DNA from: Candidatus Thorarchaeota archaeon
GTDB taxonomy: Archaea > Asgardarchaeota > Thorarchaeia > Thorarchaeales > Thorarchaeaceae
Direction: 5' to 3'
Assembly: GCA_046482545.1 (NCBI GenBank)
Contig: JAWOEX010000038.1
Span: forward strand, 16,240-80,239
Length of the DNA stretch: 64,000 nucleotides
The notes under the pieces were generated by a model, which was not told where the DNA came from, did not search any database, and worked only from the letters and a program-made list of their open reading frames with translations. A program made the position numbers and the translations under genes. Position 1 is the first letter of the stretch; each line of letters begins with the position of its first letter. Shown here piece by piece: positions 27,489 through 37,548 of the stretch.

Positions 27489-29425
27489 CAGTCACCACCT
27501 GTGGCAACATCTGCTACCAAATCGCTACCTTCGGTATCCGTTTTCGTATCCTCTTCTTCCTGCCCCTTATCGAAACCAGAAATTGAATCTCTGATTCGTT
27601 GAGCTATTGCTTCAGCATCATACTTCTGCTTACCCTCTGCGTCATTAACGATGCTCACTAAGCTATCCGCAAACTGGTCAGCATACATAGCGAGTACACC
27701 TGCTCGCTTTGCTTTCCTCCTTGCCTTCTCTTTCTTAGACATGTAACGCCTGAAGGATCTGCCGGCTTCTTCAAGTGCTAGCTTGATTTCCTTCAAGAGA
27801 ACTTCATCTTCAGCCAAAGCCTGTTTGCTTTGACCTTTGAACATCACGTGCACGTAGGCACCACAGACATGGATGAATACCAACAATGGGCCCTTTGGCA
27901 GGCCGTTGTCAAAGGTATCAAGTTTGTAGTTCTTCCAGTTTACCATTGCAGTTGCTTTCCAAGTTGCACAATCGCTGTTATCACGCATCTTGGGCACACG
28001 GTTGACAAATCGCTTCAATACCACGGGCGAAGACGACGCGGGTTTGATGTCTCCACCGTAAGCTATGCAGACCTCGACCGAGAAAGAAAGCCCCTTGCCA
28101 GACGTAGGACTTCGTGTAACAGCTGTAATGAAGTCAGGATTGTATGCCATCTGTACAGTTTGTTCAAAAACCTCTTCGCCCACAGGTACTACAGTATCCG
28201 TAGGTGGTGCGTAGTAATCTTCTGACGAAAATGATCTGTAGAGAAGTTCAACCTGCAATTTCGATAAATTGGACGGATCTTGACCAGAATCAATGATCTT
28301 GATACCCCGGTCTTCCAAAGCATCATTGGTATTCGAGATGATGTCTTTTGCCTTGCTATTGCTCATTCTCACGAATGCATTCGTCAAAAATGATTGAACA
28401 GTCCCATGCTCGGTCTCTCTGAGAATATCCTGAAATTCTCCAATGCGGATGCTGGCAGGGTGAGGTTTCGCATACTTGGGTTCTTCCGGAAATGTCTTGA
28501 CTCGACGAGGGTAAATATGAAGGTCACCGTAAGGATCGATGAATACAATCGTAACATGAGAATTCAGGAGAGAAGCCATTTCTGCATACTCGTCAGCATA
28601 GCCCCTACGATACTGAATATTCAGATAGTGCAGCTTGATATATGTACCCTGTTTGAACTGCAAATCCATCTCCTTGGGACCCGCAACGTAGTCTTTCGTA
28701 TTCGCTGTCGTTGTATAATAATCAGCAACTATTGCTTTATCTGCCTTGTAATTCTTCGATATTGTAAAAATCGGTTTTCCCGTTGTATTCTGAGCATCAC
28801 TAAATGCAGAAGGAGCACCAAATCCTTGGCTACCACGAGTTTGTCTCAACTTCTCACTCTTGCTTGATGCAAGATAAATCCCGAATTTTTCGAGGTCGGA
28901 AGGCACCATACCGATGCCATTGTCAAAAATGGTGAACTCGTATACCTTGAACCCATCTTCGTCATCAATTGGGATTAGGTTGGGCATCTGGATCTCTTCA
29001 ATCTGTATGACGACTAGAGGTTCTTGTTTATCAATCAGCTTCTTGAAAGGTTTGATAAAAGCCTTAAAATCTTTAATCCGTTTCTCCAAGTCCTCCTTAG
29101 GATAAGGTGGGATATTGACTTTCTTTCCCGCAAGAGCCTTCTTCTCTAATTCTTTGCTCTTAGATATGGTATCGACAAGTTCGGATTCTAGGCTTTCCAC
29201 TACTTCTGCAACAAGTTCGGGATTGAGCTGGTCACTGAGTTCCGGTTTCTTTTTCGCTCGCCACCACCAGCTCTCAATGGCATCTATTGAGTTATCAAGA
29301 AACTCGATTGCATACTGTGTATGCTTATTGAGCCCAGTTTCGAAGCCAACTAATTGGGTCCGTTTGCGCATGAACTTAGCTATAGTTCCTTGCTTGATGT
29401 CACCAGTTTCTTGGCCACTTGCCAT
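27488..29425 (-). CDS. top6B: DNA topoisomerase VI subunit B
   Basis: GHKL motifs EFLDNSIDA, DNGIG, QTRGSQGFG; KPHP; RFVNRVP; WKNY. Confidence 0.92.
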   Translation of the reverse strand: MASGQETGDIKQGTIAKFMRKRTQLVGFETGLNKHTQYAIEFLDNSIDAIESWWWRAKKKPELSDQLNPELVAEVVESLESELVDTISKSKELEKKALAGKKVNIPPYPKEDLEKRIKDFKAFIKPFKKLIDKQEPLVVIQIEEIQMPNLIPIDDEDGFKVYEFTIFDNGIGMVPSDLEKFGIYLASSKSEKLRQTRGSQGFGAPSAFSDAQNTTGKPIFTISKNYKADKAIVADYYTTTANTKDYVAGPKEMDLQFKQGTYIKLHYLNIQYRRGYADEYAEMASLLNSHVTIVFIDPYGDLHIYPRRVKTFPEEPKYAKPHPASIRIGEFQDILRETEHGTVQSFLTNAFVRMSNSKAKDIISNTNDALEDRGIKIIDSGQDPSNLSKLQVELLYRSFSSEDYYAPPTDTVVPVGEEVFEQTVQMAYNPDFITAVTRSPTSGKGLSFSVEVCIAYGGDIKPASSSPVVLKRFVNRVPKMRDNSDCATWKATAMVNWKNYKLDTFDNGLPKGPLLVFIHVCGAYVHVMFKGQSKQALAEDEVLLKEIKLALEEAGRSFRRYMSKKEKARRKAKRAGVLAMYADQFADSLVSIVNDAEGKQKYDAEAIAQRIRDSISGFDKGQEEEDTKTDTEGSDLVADVATGGD

Positions 29426-29771
29426 TTTGTTTCGATACACTCCTTTGTTTGATAGATAGCTAGCTGGATAAGCCGGGCATTCTTGGATTGTTTCTTCTTT
29501 CCCGGCAGTTGAGAGTTGACTGATGCTTAGCGTGGTTCGGTTGTTAGGCCCAACCCACCTAGATATTAGAGAGGCTAAGGGGTTTATCTCCCTAGTTCTT
29601 ATTATCGTTTTCCAGCTAGATATATCCGATGCACGAGAGACCTAATAAGAGGTTTATTCTTGTGTCCGGGGAATGGATACATCATTATTAGAGTTTCTAG
29701 TAGTGACGAGGTAGAGACCCATTCAACCCGAAAAACCATCATTTCAGATATATCGGTTCGAGGTTAATCTA

Positions 29772-30527
29772 TTGAACAAACGGCGAATCAAAATCCTTGG
29801 GATTCCAGTAAAGCCCCTTGTCACAAAGGGCACGAATCTCAATCAACTAATTGTCGAGGGTATGAAGAAGGAAAACATACATTTCCAGAATGGAGATATC
29901 ATCATTATCACTCATAAGATAGTCTCGAAGGCCGAAGGTAGGATAGTTAACAAGGGGGACATCACCGTCTCAGAAAGGGCAAAGTGCATATCTGAGAGAG
30001 AAGGTTTTGATAAATATCAGGTCGAATTGGCCTTAAGAGAAAGTGAAGAGGTCATTCGAGATAGAAGAGCTCTCATAACAGTAAACAAGAGCGGACTAGT
30101 CTGCAATTTCGCGGGTATTGACCATTCAAATGCTCCAAGAGATAGCTATATCCTTTTGCCCACAAATCCTGATGAAAGCGCCTTGCACATACAGCAAGAG
30201 ATTGTTGCATCAAGTGGCAAGGAAGTTGTGGTTATTATTACTGATACGGAAGGAAGACCTTGGAGAAAGGGGGCTGTAAACGTAGCGATAGGCTGCGCAG
30301 GAATAAACGCTCTCAAATACAACAAGCGCCGAACAGATCTTTATGGAGATACACTTCAAAGATCCACAGTATGTCAAGTTGATGAACTGGCGTCCGCGGC
30401 AGAGCTCGTTATGGGCCAAGCGAATGAATCAGTGCCGGTAGCCATAATCAGGGGATATGAATACGAAAAGGGCGAAGAGCATGTAGCTGACATATTTCGG
30501 TCTGCTGAAAACGATTTATTTCGATAA
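29772..30527 (+). CDS. cofE: Coenzyme F420-0:L-glutamate ligase
   Basis: HKIVSKAEGR, AGIDHSN, TDTEGRPWRKG, DELASAAELVMGQ, DLFR. Confidence 0.93.
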   Translation: MNKRRIKILGIPVKPLVTKGTNLNQLIVEGMKKENIHFQNGDIIIITHKIVSKAEGRIVNKGDITVSERAKCISEREGFDKYQVELALRESEEVIRDRRALITVNKSGLVCNFAGIDHSNAPRDSYILLPTNPDESALHIQQEIVASSGKEVVVIITDTEGRPWRKGAVNVAIGCAGINALKYNKRRTDLYGDTLQRSTVCQVDELASAAELVMGQANESVPVAIIRGYEYEKGEEHVADIFRSAENDLFR

Positions 30528-30644
30528 TAATTCTACTACTTCCCGCTTGGAAAACACAATCGAGTTGCAGACCCATATCACCCATGAGTTGACCTAGCAA
30601 TGCAGGCCTATTTCGTGGTTGAGAGTGTCACTCATCATGAATAA

Positions 30645-31376
30645 TCATAGTGGGGATCCACATTTTCCGCAGAACTTATCGCCTGCAGAGTAAGGCTCGC
30701 CACAGTCGCTGCAATAGCCGGCGACATCACCGCTGGTATCGGCTTCACTAGATTCCGCTCCAGGCTGCAGCGGAGCACCGCACTGGGGACATTTCAGTTT
30801 GCCTCCTGTTCCTGCTCCACAGTAGGGACATTTCCCCTTCTGCTTTGCACCACGAATATTGGCAATAATGGTCGGAATTACACCTTTCTGCTTGAAATCG
30901 AACCGCATGGCACCACCAGATTGTAGCTCAACAATGAGTTCATCACCGCTCTGTTGGGCTTGAGCTATTGCAATTACTGGTACAGCGACACTATCTGTAT
31001 TTCCATCTTCATCAGTATTGATATATGAATCGCGATTCCACGAAGCAACGGCACCGAGCACCGCCGCGGCTCCCATACCCCTTCCGAATCTCCTCAATGC
31101 ACGACCACCGAGGCCACCAACTTCGCTGCCTATCGCGCTCAAAGCTGCTGCTCCTGCAATGGCACCAGCCACCCCGCCTACTTTTTTCAGCTTCCCCCAA
31201 CGAGAAGGCTTTTTCTTCCACACAAGACGAACGTCGGTAAGCTGAATAGAACCGTCGTCACCATCGAATTTGACATCCTTTTCGCGGACCATCGTTTTTT
31301 CATGTTGCATAGTCTGGAGGCGATTATCGTCGCCAAATGACACGTGTAGGAATCCAGGTGTTCTTCTTCTGGGCAA
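30645..31376 (-). CDS. PH/GRAM-like domain with Gly/Ala-rich insert and C-terminal zinc ribbons
   Basis: GSIQLTDVRLVW; GGVAGAIAGAAAL; CPYCG/CPQCG and CSDCG/CGKCG. Confidence 0.6.
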   Translation of the reverse strand: MPRRRTPGFLHVSFGDDNRLQTMQHEKTMVREKDVKFDGDDGSIQLTDVRLVWKKKPSRWGKLKKVGGVAGAIAGAAALSAIGSEVGGLGGRALRRFGRGMGAAAVLGAVASWNRDSYINTDEDGNTDSVAVPVIAIAQAQQSGDELIVELQSGGAMRFDFKQKGVIPTIIANIRGAKQKGKCPYCGAGTGGKLKCPQCGAPLQPGAESSEADTSGDVAGYCSDCGEPYSAGDKFCGKCGSPL

Positions 31377-31513
31377 TTGTCACACCTAGAGCGTGAATGA
31401 AATCTGACGTATTAACTTTATTGCCTTTGAACGTTTTTCAGGAGATTCAAACAAGCACTTATCGGAAGTAGATTGCCCAATACACCGGATGATTGACTTG
31501 AACAACGGGAGAA

Positions 31514-33055
31514 TTAGGATGTTGGAATTGTGAAACTGAAAGTAGACCCTTCCTCAGGTCTGCTTTGGACAGATATTTCTCCTCCTTGCATTTCGACAAG
31601 TGAACGCGTAATCCAAAGGCCCAGTCCTGTGCCACGTTCTTTGGCAGTTTCGGGATTATCTGCCCGAAAGAATTTGGAAAAAATCTGATCCCTTTCATCT
31701 TCAGTTAATCCAATACCATTGTCTGCTATATCCACCCGGACATGGTCTCCCTCAGCAGCTGCAGAGATGGTAATGTTTCCATCAGAAGGAGTGTATTTGT
31801 GAGCATTTGAGACCAGATTCAATATGATTTGGGAGGTTCGTCGTTCGTCAGCTTCTACCTTTGGCACATCTTGAGGAACATCAATCGACAGCTCTTGTTT
31901 TTTTCTCTCTATCTGGGGCCTCATTTGATCCACGACTTTCTCAATAATTGCAGATATATCGAATTCGCGGATATCGAGTCTCATAGCTCCTGCCTCAATG
32001 CGTGATACCTCCAGAAGCTCATCAACCAGTTCGGACAAGTAATCTGCATTTCGACATACAGTCTCAAGGAACTCTCTTTGTTCATCTGTGAGCTCGCCAG
32101 TATCGCCGTCCAGCATCATTTCAGCGTAGCCTTTGATTGATGTAAGAGGGGTACGAAATTCGTGAGTTACTAACGAGACAAATTCGGATTTCAAACGCTC
32201 AGCTTCTCGTTCAGGAGTGATATCTCGAAAGACGACTAATTTTCCCAAATACTCATCTTCAGTATCCCGAACCGAAGATGAATAGACCTGTAACTCCCTT
32301 CTTACAGGCCACTCTTGGATGAAGGTCCTCTCTTCAGATTTATCACAATCAGACTCATCCAGAAGGAGTTCAACAATTGAGTCGTTGCCAAACACCTTTT
32401 CCCAATGCTCCACATGGTCACTGTAGGGCCTATCTAGAACTTCTGTTTCATTCACTGAGAACATTCTGCTAAAGGATTCATTAATTCTGAGTATCTTGCC
32501 TTCTGGAGAAAGAAGCATCATGCCATCGTTTGCTGCATCCAGCATAGCACTCATTTGGCTTCTGGCATGGTCCAGCGCTTTTGCTATTTCTGTCAATTGG
32601 GCCATTGGCTGAGTCAAATCATTTTCAATAGTTCGCTTCTGAATCTCAGACATCGGACTCTTCTTAGCGGCTTTATCCTCTGTAATATCTTTTTTAATTA
32701 TGAGAATGTGTGTGATACTACCATCATCACTAATGACAGGTCGTATTTCGACTGCCTCAAGATATCTACTTCCATCTTTGCGCTGGTTAACTACCTGACC
32801 AGCCCAGATTTTACCGCTCCCAATATCTGTCCATATCTCTCTATAGAAAGATGAATCCCGTTGTCCCCGTTTGAGAATTGCTATCTGATGTCCAAAAACC
32901 TCGTTTAGTGAATATCCAGTCAGCTCGGAGTAATCTTGATTTGCCCAGATAATGGTACCGTTGGTATCAGTTATGACGATTGCTGCATCATCAACTGCTG
33001 AATCCAGTATCTTTCTCCATTCTTCATTGCTCAAGGTGGTAGGCCAATCTGCCAT
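31514..33055 (-). CDS. Soluble PAS-PAS sensor histidine kinase
   Basis: Two PAS/PAC domains; H-box THEFRTPLT, N-box NLVSNAHKY, DNGIG, FFRAD, GTGLGL. Confidence 0.92.
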   Translation of the reverse strand: MADWPTTLSNEEWRKILDSAVDDAAIVITDTNGTIIWANQDYSELTGYSLNEVFGHQIAILKRGQRDSSFYREIWTDIGSGKIWAGQVVNQRKDGSRYLEAVEIRPVISDDGSITHILIIKKDITEDKAAKKSPMSEIQKRTIENDLTQPMAQLTEIAKALDHARSQMSAMLDAANDGMMLLSPEGKILRINESFSRMFSVNETEVLDRPYSDHVEHWEKVFGNDSIVELLLDESDCDKSEERTFIQEWPVRRELQVYSSSVRDTEDEYLGKLVVFRDITPEREAERLKSEFVSLVTHEFRTPLTSIKGYAEMMLDGDTGELTDEQREFLETVCRNADYLSELVDELLEVSRIEAGAMRLDIREFDISAIIEKVVDQMRPQIERKKQELSIDVPQDVPKVEADERRTSQIILNLVSNAHKYTPSDGNITISAAAEGDHVRVDIADNGIGLTEDERDQIFSKFFRADNPETAKERGTGLGLWITRSLVEMQGGEISVQSRPEEGSTFSFTIPTS

Positions 33056-33060
33056 CTTGA

Positions 33061-36000
33061 TCACCGGATTACTTCCCGAATCCACCCTTCTACAATAGTA
33101 GCATCACATCCCTTAAGCATCTTGACAAGATGAATCCTAAGTGTGGTTGGAGAGTATTTACGAGGGTCTTCAACATAGATGAAAGGGCTGTGGTCTGCAC
33201 CCTTGCAATACTCCCCTGTAAGAGGATTTACAGAGAAGTTATGAGAGTGTTTTCTTGACACAGCACTTCTACGTCGCCATTTCTCTGTCCTGCGGTCAAA
33301 CCTAATTTGGCTCGTACTACCGTAGGCTTTGACTAATTCGTAAATATGTGTGACTTTGTTGCGGAGCATCATCAGCTCCACCGCGAGCTTGATTCGCTCT
33401 TCATCGGTGAAAAGCCTCAAATCACCTTTCCGAACTTTCCAGACAACAGAATCTTTGAAGCCTTCATCGTGAATATAGATACTGGCGTTCTTAATCACTT
33501 CAAGCATCAAGTTTTGAGTTGGTTTGTCAAGACGAATAGGTGATGTATTCTTTTCATTAGAAGATTTTGAGCCTGAGTCATTCTTTTCCGTATCTCCCCT
33601 GCGAGAGCCCAATAGAAACATCATTGCCTCATAACAATCGGTATCCCAACTATCCAAGGCTCTCATTGTTCTACCGCGCAATTGCTGCCAAGCTGTAACG
33701 TTTCGAGTGGCAGTTGCATCAATAAGTAGATTAGGAGTTGTTACATCCCAACCCGTTCGAGCCCAACGGGACACGATTATGACGTTTATGCGAAGATTAT
33801 TCGCATCCACAATCCGAGCGGCAAGGTCGTACATTAGTTGCTGCTTCTTTCCTTGAGCCATCTCAACAACATAGAATCTCTGTCTATCTCCGCTGGGCTG
33901 TTCGAGTTCGGATTCCATGGCATCAGAGAAGCGAGAAGCGATAAGGGCGTAATCAAAGAAGCTCCTCATCCATTTCTCCAAATGTGGGTAGCTTTCATCC
34001 AAACGCGAAAGCAATGTGTCTTGTTCTCGAAGACCTAGCTCCTTAACAGCTTCTTGAAGAGGATGGAGGACCTCGGTATCGAATTCAACAGGACGCCATG
34101 CTCCGACAGCATCCAGACCCTCAATGTAACTCTGAATAATTTCGTCAAAAGTAATCCTAAACGATTGTAGGTGCTTCTGAGGCATCCGAATACTCTGGGT
34201 AAGAAGACCAAATAATGTCTCGCCCAGTTCTGAACCCATGATATTACGTCTTATGAAAGAAGCTATTTTATCAGGAACTGACTGTTTTTCGGAGAATGGC
34301 AAATACATCTCACTTGAGAGTACTGCCATCGGAGAGAGACCACGTTGTCCCAGCATCTGAGCGAAGATGCCAGCAACGCCAGAATAACCCGGCTCAGCTA
34401 CGTTAGACTTCCAGTCAAGAGTCTTTCCTCTCCCGAAAATAATTACACTATTTAGATCTCGTGCCTGCCGTTCGGCTTTTATGATTGCGCTGATGGCTTC
34501 AACCCTTCCCTCGCCCATGCGATAGTACAGAGACCGGAGGATGCTGTATAAGCCCGCAATAGTGCTCGCTAGAATATCTTGCACTCGTTGTTCTAGTTCT
34601 TTTTTCGTTGGAATCGACTTATATGACTCTAAGAAGCCTTCAGCATCAATACTTTTCCCAAAACCCTTGACTCTGAGCTTGGATGCGATATTTGAACTAT
34701 AAAGGAAATCAAGAAGGCTCAAACGAACATTTCTGAACTTGATAAGTAGTCTACGAAACCTAATCATCGTCTCTTGTTGCGTTCTTGAAAGGTCGCCAAC
34801 TAGCTTCCGGCGGACAAGGGCTTCATCGGATAGATTATTGGCGATTTGAACCATGCTGATTAGCGAGAGCTCGTTAAGTCCCAACTCCCCGTCTGTTTTC
34901 CATCTCCCAAATCGAGCTTTAATTGCGTCTCGCTGATCCTTTCGATAAGAATACATATCCAGAATGTCACGAGCAATAGTCATTCTTTGACTAAATGGAA
35001 TATCAGCGAAGACATTTCGTAAGAAATGCGATCCTAACAAATCTATGTAGTCCCTCAGAAGAGACTTGTAACGACTAAGCAGTGACCGGATTTTGCGTTC
35101 TCTGTCAGAATATGTGAATGGTACACCAAATTCGCCGAAGGGGGCCACAAAGCCATACGCAATGAGATCGACAGCAGGCACCACATAGACTAGTTCGAGG
35201 CCAAGCTCATGGAAACGTTCACGGAAGGCTTTGGCTGTGCCTGAAAAACCTATGAGACCTTCCATGCTACCATCGTTAAGCCAGTCAACTAGCAGTCGTG
35301 CGACAGCCGCAGAAACCCCATTCATGTCCTGCACGACCTTGTGCACTTCGTCCAAAATGACATAGCGTGTGTTGCTACCCTGAAGGAAACGTTCTACTGA
35401 TATCTTGTCGAATCCGCCTTTGCCTTTTGGTGAACCCAGCTGAGCAAGTCCAGCATACGTCATAATCAGGACCACGGGTGGGTTTTTCGATTTCTCACGC
35501 TTCATTCTGTAATCAGTTGGTGTGCCTGCAAAGACATCGTCAGGCGATAAGTGGAGTCCAATGGACTTGTAGCAAAGTTCGCGCACCCACTGCTGCTCAT
35601 AATTCATTGTGGGCACGAGCACCAGAATCGATTCACTTGGAGAAGCAGTTTTCAACCAATCCTGGATAGCCATCATACCAATCAGTGTTTTTCCCGAGCC
35701 AGTAGGAGCCTCGATCAGGGGACCCTGATATCCATGACCACGGAAAATAGTAAAGGCATCACGTTGATACGGTCGGGGAATTGATGAGCCGATTAAATCG
35801 CTATAATGCCATTGTTCCATCTCTGGCTTTTCCGATTCCGGACCAAGTAGGTCGGTAATGGTAGCAAGGAACAGTTCCGAAACCAAGCCCCCCGTATCGG
35901 TCATCTCTTCGAAAAAACGTTTGAATTCAGCGGCCTTGTTATTTATATTGGATATACCTGGAAATCCGTTCTGCTCAAACTTGACATACAGTTCCTTACC

Positions 36001-36654
36001 CAAAAGAGCCTGTAAACCTGCGTCATCAAGATTAGTAGGCTTGTAAGTCCTGTTGGTTCTAGAGTAGTTGCCGTTCGTCCTCGAAAGATATCCAGCTTCT
36101 ACAAGACGGTCTAGGTGCCGTTTCACTGCACTATTGGTGTTCTCCTGCAAAAATTCATGCTTATTGATGTATTCAGTCAACTTGGTAACAGACAACGACT
36201 CCAGTGACTCTTCTAGAGCCTTGACCAGAAGATCTCGAATTAGTTTCCCTTTGAGATGAGGTTCCAGAGTAATATGAAGAGGAATGGCTTCGGGGGCTTT
36301 GGAATGCATATAGTTGAGCGGTGCATTCAGCGCAATCAGACTACGCAAAGAACAGACCAAACCCGCGGTGTGTCCCTCTTTCAGGGCACTACGTAGAGAT
36401 TGAACAGTTTTCTCGTAGTTGTCAAATAGCGCATAGAAGCGGCTCTTCATGCCTACAGTCAAGCCTTTTTCGAGACTAGCTTCGAATTCTCGGTGTATTC
36501 TGGTTGCGAAAGATTGAGCTTGCCAACAGTCAATTGCTAAAGATTGCTCTTGCCGCAGGTCGATGTCTAGAGGAATGGGAAGCTTTGTGAGTTGTGATCT
36601 TCTGTCATCCAGAAGGCTTTCACCATTCTTAAAATCGGTTTCCCCTTTTGTCAC
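33061..36654 (-). CDS. Large SF2 (DExH; ResIII/XPB-like) helicase/ATPase with N-terminal wHTH
   Basis: RPYQ, APTGSGKT, VLVPT, LDEVH, FSGT, TGWDV, QQLRGRTMR. Confidence 0.8.
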   Translation of the reverse strand: MTKGETDFKNGESLLDDRRSQLTKLPIPLDIDLRQEQSLAIDCWQAQSFATRIHREFEASLEKGLTVGMKSRFYALFDNYEKTVQSLRSALKEGHTAGLVCSLRSLIALNAPLNYMHSKAPEAIPLHITLEPHLKGKLIRDLLVKALEESLESLSVTKLTEYINKHEFLQENTNSAVKRHLDRLVEAGYLSRTNGNYSRTNRTYKPTNLDDAGLQALLGKELYVKFEQNGFPGISNINNKAAEFKRFFEEMTDTGGLVSELFLATITDLLGPESEKPEMEQWHYSDLIGSSIPRPYQRDAFTIFRGHGYQGPLIEAPTGSGKTLIGMMAIQDWLKTASPSESILVLVPTMNYEQQWVRELCYKSIGLHLSPDDVFAGTPTDYRMKREKSKNPPVVLIMTYAGLAQLGSPKGKGGFDKISVERFLQGSNTRYVILDEVHKVVQDMNGVSAAVARLLVDWLNDGSMEGLIGFSGTAKAFRERFHELGLELVYVVPAVDLIAYGFVAPFGEFGVPFTYSDRERKIRSLLSRYKSLLRDYIDLLGSHFLRNVFADIPFSQRMTIARDILDMYSYRKDQRDAIKARFGRWKTDGELGLNELSLISMVQIANNLSDEALVRRKLVGDLSRTQQETMIRFRRLLIKFRNVRLSLLDFLYSSNIASKLRVKGFGKSIDAEGFLESYKSIPTKKELEQRVQDILASTIAGLYSILRSLYYRMGEGRVEAISAIIKAERQARDLNSVIIFGRGKTLDWKSNVAEPGYSGVAGIFAQMLGQRGLSPMAVLSSEMYLPFSEKQSVPDKIASFIRRNIMGSELGETLFGLLTQSIRMPQKHLQSFRITFDEIIQSYIEGLDAVGAWRPVEFDTEVLHPLQEAVKELGLREQDTLLSRLDESYPHLEKWMRSFFDYALIASRFSDAMESELEQPSGDRQRFYVVEMAQGKKQQLMYDLAARIVDANNLRINVIIVSRWARTGWDVTTPNLLIDATATRNVTAWQQLRGRTMRALDSWDTDCYEAMMFLLGSRRGDTEKNDSGSKSSNEKNTSPIRLDKPTQNLMLEVIKNASIYIHDEGFKDSVVWKVRKGDLRLFTDEERIKLAVELMMLRNKVTHIYELVKAYGSTSQIRFDRRTEKWRRRSAVSRKHSHNFSVNPLTGEYCKGADHSPFIYVEDPRKYSPTTLRIHLVKMLKGCDATIVEGWIREVIR

Positions 36655-36746
36655 TCACTATGCCTCCGGTTTTCGCATATAGAACTGGGAGTCTATATCC
36701 ACATATGGCAAACCGAGATTAGTAAGTTTTCAGTATAGTACCTTTT

Positions 36747-37406
36747 TTACTCCGTTGATTCAGCTTGAGCAGCTCTGCGTCCCTTTAGCAGAGCTACAGT
36801 GATACGTTCAATCAACTCTGTAGGACTAAATGGTTTGGTTATATAGTCATCCGCACCCGCATCCAGACCTTCCATCATGTTTTGTTCCTCAGATTTTGAA
36901 GTCAGCATTAGCGCAACTGGAGCATCCTTGCCCATCTTCTTCTTGATTTCAGACACAACCTCATAGCCATTTTTCTTTGGCATCATGACATCAACGAGCA
37001 TGACGTCAGGTCGTTTGTCAAGGACTGTGTCTACCCCCTCGGCACCATTTTGTGCGGTTATCACACGAAATCCCTCTCTGGATAGCTTGATGCGAATCAG
37101 GCGGAGTATATCCTCCTCGTCATCAATTGCCACAACACGTGTTTTCCTTCGGGTTTTCCTTTTAGTAATGGCGGAAGGTGCTTTGTGCAGTTCACGGGCA
37201 ACCAGTATGGCAGCTAGCAAGTAACCTAGAAATGCAACTGCAAGCTGGTGGTACCATTTATTGGGACCGACATCTGGAAACAACGGAAACAATAAGAAGC
37301 CAAAATTGTGCCGAAGGAAGGGTAACAAGCCGCAAACCGTGCCAATGAAAATCAGAACTAAGGCAAGCACAATCACTGTTGCTTTCCTTCGCGTCATGAC
37401 AGGCAA
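36747..37406 (-). CDS. Membrane-anchored response regulator (2 TM + receiver, no output domain)
   Basis: IDDE, LVDVMMP, LTS, GADDYITKPF after two hydrophobic segments. Confidence 0.85.
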   Translation of the reverse strand: MPVMTRRKATVIVLALVLIFIGTVCGLLPFLRHNFGFLLFPLFPDVGPNKWYHQLAVAFLGYLLAAILVARELHKAPSAITKRKTRRKTRVVAIDDEEDILRLIRIKLSREGFRVITAQNGAEGVDTVLDKRPDVMLVDVMMPKKNGYEVVSEIKKKMGKDAPVALMLTSKSEEQNMMEGLDAGADDYITKPFSPTELIERITVALLKGRRAAQAESTE

Positions 37407-37548
37407 ACCCTGTCAACACGCCTCATGGTTATATATAAAGCAATTATGGAAAAGGATAATCGAAAATTACCGAAAAATTAAACGAACGGGAATGTTCTTC
37501 GAGAAGAATTTAAGGGAGTGTGTACCCAAGCTTCAAGGAGAGATTCAC

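Noticed and set aside
37261-37548. 96-aa N-terminal extension of hbd
   Set aside because: It overlaps the divergent receiver gene and promoter region; the likely start is ATG 37549 behind GGAG.
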